Assembly: GCA_030390025.1 (NCBI GenBank)
Contig: CM059432.1
Span: 20,152,001-20,216,000, forward strand
Source of the DNA: Squalus acanthias
Taxonomy: Eukaryota
DNA: 64,000 nt
Direction: 5' to 3'
This document shows positions 38,668 to 52,844 of the stretch, in pieces (the first letter of the stretch is position 1; every line of letters begins with the position of its first letter). Below the pieces are notes generated by a model. It searched no databases and was not told where the DNA came from. It saw nothing but the letters and a program-made list of their open reading frames with translations. Both the position numbers and the translations under genes were made by a program.

Positions 38668-39092
38668 TTTTTTTTATTTATTCATTGGATGTGGCATTTA
38701 TTGCCCTCGAGAAGATGGTGGTGAGCCGCTGCAGTCCATGTGGTGAAGGTTCTCCCACAGTGCTGACTTTGTCGTAGCGGTTTGGTACAACTGAGTGGCT
38801 TGCTGGGCCATTTCAGAGGGCAGTTAAGAGTCAACCACATTGCTCAGAGTCTGGAGTCACCTATCGGCCAGACCAGGTAAGGACAGTAGATTTCCTTCCC
38901 GAAAGGACATTAGTGAACAAGTTGGGTTTTTACAACAATCTGGTAGTTACTGATACTAGCTTTTTATACCAGATTTATTTAATTAACTGAATTTAAATTC
39001 CCCCAGCTGCCATGGTGGAATTTGAACTGGATTATTAGTCCAGGCCTCTGGATTACTCGTTCAGTAATATAACCACTATGCTGCCATACCCT
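38668..39092 (-). mobile_element. tRNA-headed SINE sharing both body and tail with LINE-B (Meta-domain/SlmI-like)
   Basis: Head has an A box 'agcatagtgg' and a B box 'gttcaaattc'. Body 38773-38993 matches LINE-B 9966-10200. Tail 38670-38765 matches the LINE-B 3' end. Confidence 0.85.
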
Positions 39093-40215
39093 GTGGTGAG
39101 AGAGAGAAACAAGAAACTTATAGACCTCTTAGTCTAACATCTGTTGTGGGGAAGTTACTGGAATCTATAATTCAGGACAGAGTAACTGAATACTTAGAGA
39201 AGTTTGAGCTGATTAGAGAGAGCCAACATGGATTTGTAAAGGGTAGGTTATGTCGAATGAAACTAATGGAATTTTTTGAGGAAGTAACTGAAGTAGTAGA
39301 GAGGGGAATGTCTCTGGATGTAGTTTATATGGATTTGCAGAAGGCATTCAACATGGTTTCACATGAGAGACAATGAGCTAAAATTAAAGCTCATTGAATT
39401 GAAGGCAAATTATTGACCTAGTTAGGAGATTGTTTTCTGGTTAGGCGGTAGAAGACAGAGAGTAGGAATAATGGGTATGTACTCTAATTGGAAGGAAGTG
39501 ACTAGTGGTGTTACACGAGGATCTGTGCTGGGGCCTCAACTATTCATTATATTTATTAATGGCTTAAATAACACAATAGAGAGCCATATATCCAAGTATG
39601 CCAATGACAAAAATCTTGTTGGCATAGTAAGTAGTAGACGGGAGCATAAAATTACAAAGAGACAATACTAGGTGAAGTGAGTGGGCAAAATTGTGGCAGA
39701 TAGATTTCAATGCAGGTAAGAGTAAGGAAGTCTTGCTGCAATTATGTAGGGCTTTGTTGAGACCACACCTGGAGTACGGTGTACAGTTTTGGTGTCCTTA
39801 CCTAAGGAAGGATATACTTGCCTTAGAGGGGGTGCAACTAGATGGATTCCTCGGATGAGAGGGCTGTCCTATGAGGAGGGAGTGAGCAGAAAAGTTTATA
39901 TTCTCTAGAGTTTAGAAGAATGAGAGGTGGTCTTGTTGAAATGTATAAAATTCTTAGATGGCTTGACAGGTAGATGCTGAGAGGCTCTTTCCCCTGGCTG
40001 GAGAGTATAGAACTAGGGGTCATAGTCTCAGGATAAGGGGCCGGCAATTTAGAACTAAGATGCAGAGACATTTCTTCGCTCTGAGGGTTATAAATCTTTG
40101 AAATTCTCTGCCCCAGAGGGCTGTGGATGTTCAGTCGAAGAGTATATTCAAGACTGAGATTGACAGTTTTTTGGACACTAAGGGAATCAAGGGATATGGA
40201 GATAGGGCGGGAAAG

Positions 40216-41641
40216 GCAGGTAGAGGTCGCAGGTTGGGGAGGTGCTGTCGAAGAAGCCTTGGTGAGTTGTTGCAGTGCATCTTGGAGAGTACAAACTGCA
40301 GCTATGGTGCGCCGGTGGTGGATGGGGTGCCAATCAAGCGGGCTGCTTTGTACTGGATGGTGTCGAGCTTCTTGAGTGTCGTTGGAGCTGCACTCATCCA
40401 GGCAAGTGGAGAGTATCCCATCACACTCCTGACTTGTGCCTTGATCTACAAGGTGAAAAGGCTTTGGGGAGTCAGGAGTTGAGTCACTTGCCACAGAATA
40501 TCCAGTCTCTGACCTGCTCTTGTAGCCGTAGTGTTTATGTCCAGTTAAGTTTCTGGTCAATGGTGCCCCTCAGGATGTTGATGGTGGGGGATTCAACATT
40601 GGTAATCCCATTGAATGTCATGGGGAGGTGGTTAGACACTCTCTTGTTGGTCACTGCCCGGCACTTATGTGGCGTGAATGTTACTTCCCACTTATCAGCC
40701 GAAGCCTGAATGTTGTCCAGGTCTTGCTCCATTTGGGCACAGACTGCTTCATTATGAGGAGTTGTGAATGGAACTGAACACTGTGCAATCATCAGCAAAC
40801 ATTCCCACATCTGACCTTATGTTGGAGGGAAAGTTGGAATGAGATGATGTCCTGGGGATGAGATGATTGGCCTCCAACAATCACAACCTTTGTGCTAGGT
40901 ATGACTCCAGCCAGTGGAGAGTTTTCCCCCAATTCCGATTGACTTCAATGTTACTAGGGCTCCTTGATGATACACTCGGTCAAATATTGCCTTGATGTCA
41001 AGGGCAATCACTCTCGCCTCACCTCTGGGATTCAGCTCTTTTGTCCAAGTTTGGACCAAGGCTTTAATGAGGTCTGCAGCCGAGTGGTCCTGATGGAACT
41101 CAAACTGAGCATCAGTGAGCAGGTTATTGGTGAGTAAGTGCTGCTTGATAGCACTGTTGACTACACCTTCCATCACTTTACTGATGATTGAGAGTAGACT
41201 GATGGGGCGGTAATTGGCTGGGTTGGATTTGTCCTGCATTTTGTGGACAGGACATATCTGGGCAATTTTCCACTTTGTTGGGTCGATGCCAGTGTTGTAG
41301 CTGTACTGGAACAGCTTGGCTAGAGGTGTGGCTAGTTCTGGAGCACATGTCTTCAGCACGGAATGTTGTCTGGGCCCATAGCCTTTGCTGTATCCAGTGC
41401 TCTCAGCCGTTTCTTGATATCACGTGGAGTGAATCAAATTGGCTGAAGACTGGCTCCTGTGATGGTGGGAGCTTAGGAGGAGGCCGAGATGGATCATCCA
41501 CTCGGCACTTCTGGCTGAAGATGGTTGCAAACGTTTCAGCCTTGTCTTTTGCACTCATGTGTTCGGCTCCGCCATCATTGAGGAGGGGGATGTTCATGGA
41601 GCCTCCTCCTCCCGCTAGTTGTTTAATTGTCCACCACCATT
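40216..41641 (-). mobile_element. LINE-B RT fragment inserted in a CR1 tail
   Basis: ORF 40895..41359: NYRPISLLSIISKVME..LDIKAIFDRV. The CR1 tail resumes at about 41650. Confidence 0.9.
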
Positions 41642-42619
41642 CAACTCATGGTGTTGATGTAGAAGTTCAGCCATGATCTTATTGAATGGCGGAGCAGACC
41701 CGAGGGACCATATGGCCTACTCCTGCCCCTATATCTTATCTTATGTTCCTAAGTGTGAGGTCATCCATTTTGGACAGAAAAAGGATAGATCTGAGTGTTA
41801 TTTAAATGGTGAAAAGCCAGTAACAGTGGAGGCCCTAACAGATTTAGGGGTCCATGTACACAGATCACTAAAATGTAGTAGTCAGGTACAAAAAATAATC
41901 AAAAAGTCTATTGGAATGTTAGCCTTATTAACTAGAGGGCTAGAATATAAAGGGGAGGAATTTTTGCTACAGCTATACAAAGCCCTGTTCAGACCAAATC
42001 TGGATACTGTGTATAGTTCTGGGCACCGCACACCTTCGAAAGGATATATTGGCCTTAGAAGGAGTGCACCGCAAATTCACCAGAATGTTACCAGGGCTCT
42101 AAGGGTTAGATTATGAGCAGCAATTACATAAACTAGGCTTGTAGTCCCTGGAATATAGACGGTTAAGGGTTGATTTGATTGAGGTTTTCAGGATTTTGAA
42201 AGGAATTGATAAGGTAGATAGAGAAAAACTTTTCCACTGGCGTGGGAGTCTCGGACAAGGGACATAACCTTAAAATCAGAGCCAGGCCATTCAGGAGACA
42301 AGTTAGAAAAGGCTTCTTCAGGCAAACGGTGGTAGCAGTAGATGCTAGCTCAATTAATAAGTTTAAATCTGAGATCACTAGATTTTTGATAGCTACGGGT
42401 ATTAAGGGATAAGGAGCCAAGTGGGGTGGATGTAGTTAAGATACAGATCATCCATGCTCTCATTGAACGGTGGAATAGGCTCGCAGTGCTGAATGGCCAA
42501 CTCCTGTTCCTATGTTGCAACATTCTTGATAATCTGTATGTGATAGGAATGTCCTTTATGATACAGAAGAATAATATCCCAAATTCAGATTAGATAAGGT
42601 CTACAGGCCATGAAAGAAA

Positions 42620-43570
42620 CAGAACACACTATCTCTACTTTGCTTCCTTCGACAGTGACCACAGGGGAGTTGTTAGCTATGATAACAGTGGACATCCAAG
42701 GTCCACTAGACGTCAGTCCTTGCATCCTTGCTCTTCCTCAAACAAGGGGGAATGCTGGATTGGCATAAGAAAGCAAGCATTATACGAGCTGCCAGGGATC
42801 CTGTGATTGATGTACATTATCTTGTGCCAATGATTGCACAGTATTTGGACATTAATTGAGTAATAATGTAAGGGGCACTTTTCTCCATTGGAGTTTACCG
42901 AACCACAGGGGTCCCATTACTTTCCTGGGGAAAGCAGCAAGGTGGTAGAAGCCAAGACCATATGCTCCCTGGTTTCCATGGGGAACATGATGTTGACCTA
43001 GTGGATGCACCTTTCTGGCCAATATTAATCCCTCAACCAACATCTGAAAAAAAAAGATTATCTGGTCATTATCACATTGCTGTTTGTGGAAGTTTGTTGT
43101 GCGCATATTGGCTGCCGTGTTTCCTACATTACAACAGTGAGCGCACTTCAAAAACACTTCACTGGTTGTAAAGCGCTTTGGGATATCCTGAGGTCATGAA
43201 AGGCACTATATTAATGCAAGTCTTTCTTTCTTTCTGCATTGCTGCATGCAATGTCACCAATGGTTCCTGAAATCCTTGAGTAGCACAGAAATTGGATGCC
43301 ATTGTGATTTTAACTGGCACTGATGATCAGATCCATAACTTCAGGTCGTCTTCCAGCAGGTGACACAGCTCTCGGATATACTCCCTGCTAAATTGGAGCC
43401 TCCAGAAGCACTGCAACTCTGAAAGGTCCTGAAAAGTTCATCTGGGTCTGTAAATCTTCTTAGCCAGTTGGGTCTGTAAATCTTCTTACCTCAGTGTTCC
43501 TCTTCTGATGTTTTCTAACCATCCTGGCCTCCAACAGAGCATCCTGTTCATCCTCCTCCTAATAGCACAT
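42620..43570 (-). pseudogene. Fossil PIF/Harbinger (HARBI1-like) transposase, interrupted by a DeuSINE
   Basis: IYRPR*TFQDLSELQCFWRLQFSREYIRELCHLLEDDL..VKITMASNFCATQGFQ, then GFYHLAAFP, YYSINVQILCNH..IPGSSYNA and LVDLGCPLLS*LTTP, all in HARBI1 motif order. Confidence 0.8.
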
Positions 43571-43764
43571 GTAACGGGAGAGTCCAAAGGGTACTTCCAT
43601 CCTACAGTTTGTACTGTGTCCTCCCAGCTGCCAAAACTAACAGTACAAACAATCGCTACAATCCCAATAATGCAAGGCTCTTACTTCAGTTGTAAAGTTA
43701 TTCTAACTTGCACAATTTGAGATGACTCAGGCCTCACGGTGCCCAAACAGCCCTTGGAAGAATT

Positions 43765-45210
43765 ACTGGAGAATTGCAAATGTTACACCCTTGTTCAAAA
43801 AAGGGTGTAAGGATAAACCCAGCAACTATAGGGCAGTCAGTTTAACGGTAGTGGGGAAGCTTTTAGAAACAATAATCAGGGACAAAATTAACAGTCACTT
43901 GGACAAGTGTGGATTAATTAAGGAAAGCCAGCGCGGATTTGTTAAAGGTAAATCGTGTTTAACCAACTTGATCAAGTTTTTTGATAAGGTAACAGAGACG
44001 GTTGCCGAGGGCAATGCGGTTAAAGTCGTGTACATGGATTTCCAAAAGGCGTTCGACAAAGTGCCACATAATAGGCTTGCCAGCAAAGTTGAAGCCCATG
44101 GAATAAAAGGACAGCTGCTGCATGGATACGAAATTGGCTAAGTGACAGGAAACAGAAAGTAATGGTGAACGGTTGTTTTTTGGACTAGAGGAAGGTGTTC
44201 CCCAGGGGTCGGTACTAGGACCACTGCTTTTCTTGATATATATTAATGACTTGGATGTGGGTGTACAGGACACAATTTCAATATTTGCAGATGTCAGAAA
44301 ACTTGGAAGTATAGCGAACAGTGAGGAAGATAGTGATAGATTTCAGGAGGACATAGACAGGCTGGTGGAATGGGCGGACAGGTGGCAGATGAAATTTAAC
44401 GCAGAAAAATGCGAAGTGATACATTTTGGTAGAAAGAATGAGGAGAGGAAATATAAACTAAAGGGTACAATCCTAAAGGGGGTGCATGAACAAAGAGACC
44501 TAGGGGTATATATGCACAAATCGTTGAAGGTGGTAGGGCAGGTTGAGAAAGCAGTTAAAAAAGCTTACGGGATCCTGGGCTTCATGAATAGAGGTATAGA
44601 GTACATAAGCGTGGAAATTATGATGAACCTGTATAAAACACTGGTTTGGCCTCAACTGGAGTATTGTGTCCAATTCTGGGCACCGCATTTTAGGAAGGAT
44701 GAGAAGGCCTTAGAGAGGGTGCAGAAAAGATTAACGAGAATGATTCCAGGGATGAGGAACTTCAGTTACGTGGATAGACTGGAGAAGCTGGGGGTGTTCT
44801 CTTTAGAGCAGAGAAGATTATGAGGAGCTTTGATAGAGATGTTCAAAATCATGAGGGGTCTGGACAGAGTAGATAGAGAGAAACTGTTCCCATTGGCAGA
44901 GGGGTCGAGAACCAGAGGACACAGATTTAAGGAGATTGGCAAAAGAACCAAAGACGACGCGAGAAAAAAAAATTTACGCAGCGAGTGGTTAGGGTCTGGA
45001 ATGCACTTCCTGAAAGGGTGGTGGAGGCAGATTCAATCATGGCTTTCAAAAGGGAGTTGGATAAGCACCTAAAGGAAAAAAAATTGCAAGGCTACAGGAA
45101 AGGGTGGAGGAGTGTGACTAGCTGAGGTGTTCTTGCAGAGAGCTGGCATGGGCTTGACGGGCCGAATGGCCTTCTTCCGTGCTGTAACCATTCTATGATT
45201 CTATGATTCA
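43765..45210 (+). mobile_element. CR1 RT-to-3' fragment
   Basis: WRIANVTPLFKKG, YMDFQKAFDKVPH, GVPQGSVLGP, FAD; (attctatg)n tail. Confidence 0.95.
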
Positions 45211-45628
45211 ATGTCTGCTTTTAAGAGAACAGCTTGCGAGACCAGGGAATCGGGTCGCAGATTAAATATGCATGGCAATGTTCCCTCATGTGCAGTGGTC
45301 TGTTGTGACTAATTGATAGAAATTGATTGCTATGATTTGTAAACAAGTCCATTATTGTTGTATCATACGACTGCCAGGATGATGAAGGTGAAATAGATGG
45401 TCTTCTTTTATCTAGCGATTCCTATGTTCCTAATTGGTAAGGGAAGCTTCAGAAATCAGGTCAGCAACTTTGTGCACAGCGCTCTTGGAGCACAATCATG
45501 GCATTACAAATCTTTACCCATATTCCCGGTTCACTCCATCATTACTACAGGCATTCCTGGGTACTCGGGCCAGGAAAATCAGCCGTATAGAATTCAGGAA
45601 AAGGTAGGCACGTAGTGTAAGGAATAAA

Positions 45629-46502
45629 GGGGAAAAAATTCGGCTGCTTTGCGCCTCCCGTTAGCGGGGCGCAAAGCAACTAGCGCCCGGGCGCGGCGAT
45701 GTTTGCGTCGTTCGTGAAACTGACCAGACATATTGCGGCAGCACTAAACACTACCGATAGGATCTCCTGCGCCCGCAGATCGTGACTTCAGTCGAGCGTG
45801 CAACGCCCCGGTAGCGCCCCAGACCGAATATTGAGCGGCGCCTCCTGCCTTTCCGCCTGCTGCTAGCAACGACAGGTAGAGGGGAACGTTTCGCAATCGG
45901 GAGGGGACTGGGGGGAGCGCTATTTAAAGGCAGCCACTTCCTGACTTTTTTTGTCGGCGACATTTTTGCACCACGCATTCAGAGAGAGAGAGAGAGACTT
46001 CTGGAGAGATTCTTAGCTGTGTGAAGGAGTTTTGGATACTGGGCATCACTTTGCAGGTTCATTTTGATTTGACCTTCCTTGCATCGATTTAGAAGAGACT
46101 ATGGGGGCTGCACTCTGAGCTCTTTCCCTGGGGCTCTCCATTGTTCTTCCCAGCAGAATTGATGTACAGGTCTCTCCAAGCCGAGATTCAAGACTGCAAT
46201 GAGCAGGGTGTGGATGGAGAGCAAGATCGACCCTCCCCTTTAAGAACTGGCCGGCGCCAGTGTGTCTGTGTTCCATTGTTGACTGACATCACATGAGCTT
46301 CGCCAGCGCTCTGAGGTAGTGCCTCACTCCTCGGCGTTAGCGCCTTAAGAGAGGTGTGTAGCGCCTGATTTAGCGCTCCAATCACCTCCAGGGACGATAG
46401 AAGCCAAGTTTGCAGTCGGAGGCGATAATTAGCGCCAGGCGCTAAACTTTGTGCCCGGCCGATAATTGCGCCCCAAATAGGGCGATACCGAATTTCTCCC
46501 CC
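45629..46502. mobile_element. PIF/Harbinger-type element, family 2
   Basis: GGGGaaaaaattcgg / ccgaatttctCCCCC termini with AAA duplication. Subterminal similarity to 37193-37904. Confidence 0.85.
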
Positions 46503-46756
46503 AAAGTCTCTTGATGGGACCCACAACCCAATTAATTTCCATTTGATATGCAGATATCATTCAGTCACAAATGGTTTGTGGTGAACTTGCTGTTCCACAG
46601 AAATCCACTGCTGGGTGGGGGAGGTGTGGTGGTGGTGGGTTAGGCAAGAATTGCCCTAGTCTCTTTGTGTAGCAAAAACAGAAATGCATTCTTTTTAAAT
46701 GCATTTTAACGACAGCCAGAGCCATTCTTCCCTTGATGTCATACTTCTTCAGACAC

Positions 46757-47110
46757 AACAACAACTTGTATTTATATAGCACCTTTAACATAGTAAAACG
46801 TCCCAAGGCGCTTCACAGGAGTATTAGAAGACAAAATCTGACACCGAGCCACATAAGGATAAATTAGGGCAGGTGACCAAAAGCTTGGTCAAAGAGGTAG
46901 GTTTTAAGGAGCGTCTTAAAGAAGGAAAGAGAGGTAGACAGGCGGAGAGGTTTAAAGAGGGAATTCCAGAGTTTAGGGCCTAGGCAGCTGAAGGCACGGC
47001 CATCAATGGTTGAGCACTTATAATTAGGGATGCTCAAGAGGCCAGAATTAGAGGAGTGCAGATATCTCGGGGGGGGTTGTGGGGCTGGAGGAGATTTCAG
47101 AGATAGGGAT
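46757..47110 (-). mobile_element. L2-type LINE 3' end
   Basis: (caa)n 'cttgtatttatatagcacctttaac' tail. Reverse complement of 10203-10575. Confidence 0.85.
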
Positions 47111-47559
47111 CTGAAAACAATGATTTGAAGACACGAAGAAAGAAAGACTTACATTTATATAGCGCTTTTCACGACCACCGGAGGTCTCAAAGTGCTTTAC
47201 AGCCAATTAAGTACTTTTGAAGTGTAATCACTGTTGTAATGTAGGAAATAAGTAGTATCACAGTCAATGATACAATTTATTTTTAATTAATTTGTTTAAA
47301 ACAATGTAGAAAATTTTATTTCCTTTAAAAAGTCAATTTTCCGTTCAGTTCTTTCACCATTATTTAATGTCAAAGCTTTCAGGCTTCACTATAAATGTTC
47401 AGTCAGCTTGTTATCGAAAATCCATCCATCTCTTACCTCTTGCCTACAACCTTTCCTGCTCATTTCTATTTATCAACACCCCTGTGGTGACTGCTCCACT
47501 GAACTTTCCTCCTGCGCTGCAAATATGTCATCCTCATAGGCTATAGACACAGCTCAGCA

Positions 47560-48440
47560 ATCCCGCAATGAAAAGAGCAGAGCAAAGCTCTGTAACTCAA
47601 CTACCTCCAAGTGAGAATGGTAGTGGGCAATCAGGTAAGCAACAGGAGGAGGGCTCCATGAACATCCCCATCCTCAACTATGGTGGAAGAGACAATGCTG
47701 AACACCTTCAGACAAAAGTGCTCAGTGAATGATCCTGAGGTCTCCACCAGCATAGGTGCCAATGTCCAGCCAATTCGGTTCACTCCATGTGACATTAACA
47801 AGTGGATGAGTACACTGAACACCATGGACCCTGAAAACATCCTGGCCATAGCACTGAAGATCTGTGCACCAGAAGTAGCCACCTTCAGATATAGTGTTCC
47901 AGTACAATTATTGCACTAACGTGTACATGGTAATATAGAAAATTGCCCAGATGTGCCCTAGCCACAAAAAGCAGGATAAATCTAGCCAGCCAATTACCAC
48001 TCTATTAGCTTTCTCCTAATCATCAACAAACTGATGGAGGGAATCATCAATATTGCCATCAAGCGACACCTGCTCACCAATAACCTGTTTGCCAATGCTT
48101 AGTTCGGGTTCTGTCAGACCCACACGGCTCCAGACCTATCTCAGCCTTGACCCAAGCATGGACACAGGAGCTGAATGTCAAAGAACAGGTGAAAATAATT
48201 GCCCTTCACATCCAGACAGCATTCGACTGAGTAAGTCACCAAGGAGCCCGAACAAAACTGAGATCAATAGGGGTCAAAAGTAAAACTTCCAAATGGCTGG
48301 CGTCATACGTGACACAAAGGAAGATAGTAATGTTTTTTGGCAGTCGGTCGTCACAGCCCCAGGACATCACTGCAGGACAGCAGCCTCAGCTTGACCATAT
48401 TCAGCTGCTTCCTCAATGTCATTGCCTTCATCATAACATC
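47560..48440 (+). mobile_element. Old LINE-B fragment
   Basis: FRQKCSVNDP..LKICAPE; homologous to the 7122-10200 copy. Confidence 0.85.
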
Positions 48441-50491
48441 AAGATCCTAGACCATCATCAGGAATAAAAACACTAGCATATACATCTTGAGATGGCAGAA
48501 GACCAAAAATTCACAGGACTACTAAAAAGACCTGCAAGGCTCTGTCTAAGACCACAGGGTTCCCCGGGCCACACACACACTTTCCTTTTGAACTGGAGAA
48601 AATGTCAGGAAAGATGAAAGAAAATTGACCTACATTCCACACTAATGGAAGATGAAACTCAAGGCAAACAGAAACCAAGAATACAAAATAAAGAGGGGAA
48701 AATAGTTTTATGTAATTGACCCAGATTGTGCGAAAAAGGTCATCCCATGTACTAAGCATTGTGAACAACTCAAATAGAATTGCAATCATATTGTGCCGGT
48801 CCTATTCATTGGAAAATGTTCCCATGGTTTGTGGTGTGAAGGTGTTTATCCAAATACACACTCCACGACATAAAAGATCCACTGAATACATGCTGCAGAA
48901 AATGCAGCTTTAGTAAATATTTTGACAGGTCTGTTAAAGAGCAATTGCACCTTATTGTTTTTCTTTAGAAATGTTAAGCTGTAATAGTTTGCTTACAAAC
49001 CAATTCCACCTCTAACCATTCTAAATCGTGTGAAACTCTGCTTCTGAAAAATCGAATGTATAATCCTTTTCTTTCACACCAGGGATTACCGCTGCTTCTC
49101 ATCTCTGAAGTGGACTGTGAGTCAGGTGGTCACACTGTAGCACAGTTTTTCAAACAGGGATCCATGGACCTTAGGAAATCTGGCAGGTCTTCATATTTTG
49201 CTGTAATTCTGCATTTGTTCGCTTACTAGCATGTTGTTTCGGCTGTTCTGCAGCGATAGTATTGTTTCCTTTGGGTAGCCGACACTGAGGGCTGGATTTT
49301 CTGACTGTTAACCACCTGATTTCAGGTCTTTCCAGCTAGAAGTGACAGCAATGGCAAGAGTTGCCCATTTACATTGTGTTAAAATTCAATGTAAATAACG
49401 TAATTTCCTGAGGTTTGCGCCTCTGTCCCACTTAATGCTGAGAATGTCCGTAGATAAGGGTCATCCTGTGTTGCTTGGCGCCAGCCCAAAGGTGGAAGTC
49501 AATTTACAAAACTAGTGACGTTAAATATTGAATCACTCTGACTTCTTTGTTCCTCTACCTTTTGCCAACTTTTTCAAGAATAATCTGGGACTTCAAGCTT
49601 AATCCCCTCACACATTGTACAGAGGAGGTAATGGGTTACTTTTTTTTGGAATACCCCTCCATCTCTGTTTCTTGGAAAATGGCGAATGTGGATAGAGTAT
49701 GATCATTCAGCAGCATTGGAGGCATCTGCTCCATCCTACCCTCAAGTACCCTCAAACCCACCTAAAAGGTCCTCCTATTTCCATCTGAGCCACAGACAGT
49801 GTTTGAAGAAATAATGCTGCACTCGGAAAGCTACGAATTGATCACGCCATCTGAAGCAGGGAATTACCTCCACCACAAGCACTGCGCTGTTAGTGGCTGC
49901 AAAGAACATATTTCCTGCAATGATGGTGCTCTTTTCCTTTAGATAGACAACACTGTGGGCTGTAAAGAGCACAACTGTCCTAAATTTCCACCCTAAAAGA
50001 TAACACCAGCATGAGAAAGCACTGCAATTTACTGTGTCATACAGTACAATCACGTGGCCACATGTGCCCCCTTTCACACCCCCATCAACTAAAGATTACG
50101 CTCACTCAATGTAGTTTCTCAACCAAAAACACCAAATCATGCAGTTTAATGCTTGATTCCCTGCCATTTGTCATAATTCCTTTATTTTGAAGGCAATCCA
50201 CAACTCTTTGGACCAACAAATGTGTCTAGTGGATCCTGGGAGCTCAAGACTACCCTCAATAGTCATAGCTGATTACATCTGTGTATTTGCTTAACACCTC
50301 ATCTGATCACTGCTACAGCAAGGTCCACACACTGCCATTAGGAGCACCCCACTAGCATTCTGAAGGTGCTTTAGAATACAGCTCAGCCGGGGATTTCAAG
50401 GACTGTGGTGGTGTGCTGCATATTACATAACTTCACATTATAAAAAAACACCTCCTGATGGATGCCCCGAGGGAGGAAGGGAAAGTCTGCA

Positions 50492-50902
50492 AGAGTTAAC
50501 GTTTCAGGTCGATGACCCTTCGTCAGAACTGGGAAAAAGTTGGCGATGTAACAGGTTTTTAAGCAAGTGTAGGGGCAGGGAGAGGGGGGAGGGGAGGAAA
50601 GAACAAAAGGGAAGGTCTGTGATAGGATGGAAGGCAGGAGAGATTAAGAGACAAAAGGGATGATGGTGCAGGGCAAAAGGAGATGGTAATGGGACAACTT
50701 AAGAAACAAAAGATGACTCTAGATGAAGTGTAAATGGCAATGGCAGGATGATCAACAGCTGCCATGTGAGAGAGAGATAAAAAAAACTGATGGAGGCAGA
50801 GGTTATGGTCAGAAATTGTTGAACTCGATGTTGAGTCCAGAAGGCTGTAAAGTGCCTAATCGAAAGATGAGGTGCTGTTCCTCGAGCTTACGTTGAGCTT
50901 CA
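50492..50902 (-). mobile_element. Penelope element 3' part: GIY-YIG C-terminus, UTR and hammerhead motif (50494-50530)
   Basis: Minus strand 50901-50809 encodes EAQRKLEEQHLIFRLGTLQPSGLNIEFNNF*. The hammerhead motif is identical to 27850-27886. Confidence 0.9.
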
Positions 50903-52844
50903 TAGTAAAATTGTATGTATTTATAATTTGTGACTCATTTGGTAGCTATATCAACCTGTAACTACATGATCAATAAAGGTGAAGCAATTATGTTATTCAG
51001 GTGGAGACCAAAGCTTCAGGTTTCATACAACATAGTTAGAATTTAAATATGAAGTGCAGTATTATATTGTCAAATAAATGTTAAGTCTTCTAACATGTTT
51101 TAACGCATAATTACAATGCTTATCAAATAGACTGCATGATCTTTTAAACATTCACTGCATGATCTTTTAAACATTCAGTAAAATTACAATTTAAAGAATA
51201 GCTATTGGCTAAACAGTTTTTATTTCTATTTCTTGGTGAATTTTGTGCTCAAGGTGAGGGCTGTTAGCACAGGAAATGGAATACTTTCCCACTTTGGGTA
51301 TCCAGTGTCAGCATGGAGCACTTCCAGGTCAGATATAGTTTGGTTCAATAAGACAGAAGACAGTTTCCTTTACTCTACCCAAATAGGCCTTAGCCGCAAC
51401 CCCAGAAGCGTCCAGTCACAGGACGTTCCTAGGTCAGGTATAACATACAATTTAAATCTGCCTCTACTCTGCCCAAGCAAATGAACCTCAGCTTTAATGC
51501 CAGAAGCACTCCCTATTGCACCATCTAGAGTGGGATTGCCAATTTAGTGCAAAATTAGGAACAATTATGAGGCACAAAACATTTCTATAACAGAACAGCC
51601 CCCTTACCTGGTGCCAACTATAGTTTACCAGAAGTTTTAACAAAAGCATATTAATGGATAATCAAGTATCAGGGTCTCTGACTCAAAGTTGTGATCGAGC
51701 TCCCCTGATTGCTTGGTTGTGAATGCAACGCCCAGTGTTCTGCTGAGCCATAAAGGTGAAGGTGATCACAGATTTGAGCCCGAGTCTGTCCTGAGTTAGT
51801 TGATCTCTGTTGGTGAGGCAGCTCGAGGCGCTACAATTGGCCCTGGCACCCCTGGGCTGTGGGACGGAGGAAGACGACTCCGACTGGTTCCGGCTTATGA
51901 TAACTATCGAGTGACTTCTTTCAGAAAGTGCACGTGAACAAGATCGGAATTGGCACTAATGACCCTCCTCAGTCAAATAGCCTCTTCACAATCACCGCTG
52001 TAATTTACATGGCCACTTGGTAGGGAGCAGTTGGCTGCCAGTTATTTAAGACCACCAAAGAACCTGTTGAACACCTTCTGCTGAATATACGCCCCGACTC
52101 AATTTCAGATCAGTTTTGTTGAAAATGATTTCGTTTTACTTTTTTAAGTTCACAGGCAGAAATAATTCAAATAAAGCAGGACTGTTAAATACACTGAAAA
52201 CAGAGCCAGAACAGATGCCAGATAAACTCGCGCCTTTGGCTAAGCATCTCAAACATTAGAGAGCTTGATTTCAATTGACAGGAAACAGAGCAGAGCATTT
52301 TCTAACATATGACACTGTTCAGACTAATAAAGATTAGAATCTTTGAACAATTATATTCCATAAACATGGCTTAAATGATTATAATATACAGAGCACTGTT
52401 ATTTTCCAGTAATCGAATGATGATCGATGCTGGTCATCTCGTGGTGATTATTATGCAAGGAAAAAATAAATAATAATGTTTTTCCAGATGGCAACAACAG
52501 GCCCAAACAAAAAAATAGGCCCAACTCCTTAGTGGCTCAGTTGGTGAGTGCACCGCCTAACATGGAACAGACACTCTGAACAAGAAGGTCGCCAATTTGT
52601 ACTGCGCTGACTGATCACACCGAGTGCAGCAGGTAAGGCTGCTACAATTGGTATCCACACACCTGGGTTTATGGCAGCACAAGAAATGATCAGCACAGGA
52701 TTGCGCTCAAGTGTCCTTTTCAGGAAAGTGTAGATATCAGGTGAGGGCAGGATCATGCTCACCTGGGGGACAATTCCCAGCATGCAGCAGCGCCCGCAGG
52801 GCTGGGTGGGGAAGGGTTAATTGGAGTAGGAAAATAATCCTTTT

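Larger units (their letters stand above)
36670..42517 (+). mobile_element. Long CR1 LINE split by at least four later insertions
   Basis: Collinear pieces: SDHNMI (about 36750), GKLLESII..SQHGF..DLQKAF (39146-), GSVLGP (39500-), and KCEVIHFG resuming at about 41730, with the tail at about 42450-42517. Confidence 0.8.

Noticed and set aside
43722..45072. Intact reverse transcriptase gene (also 60402-62015)
   Set aside because: These are 5'-truncated CR1 copies with frameshifts and stops.
51131..51177. 23-bp perfect tandem duplication
   Set aside because: An ordinary local slippage duplication; a similar one lies at about 43443-43488.
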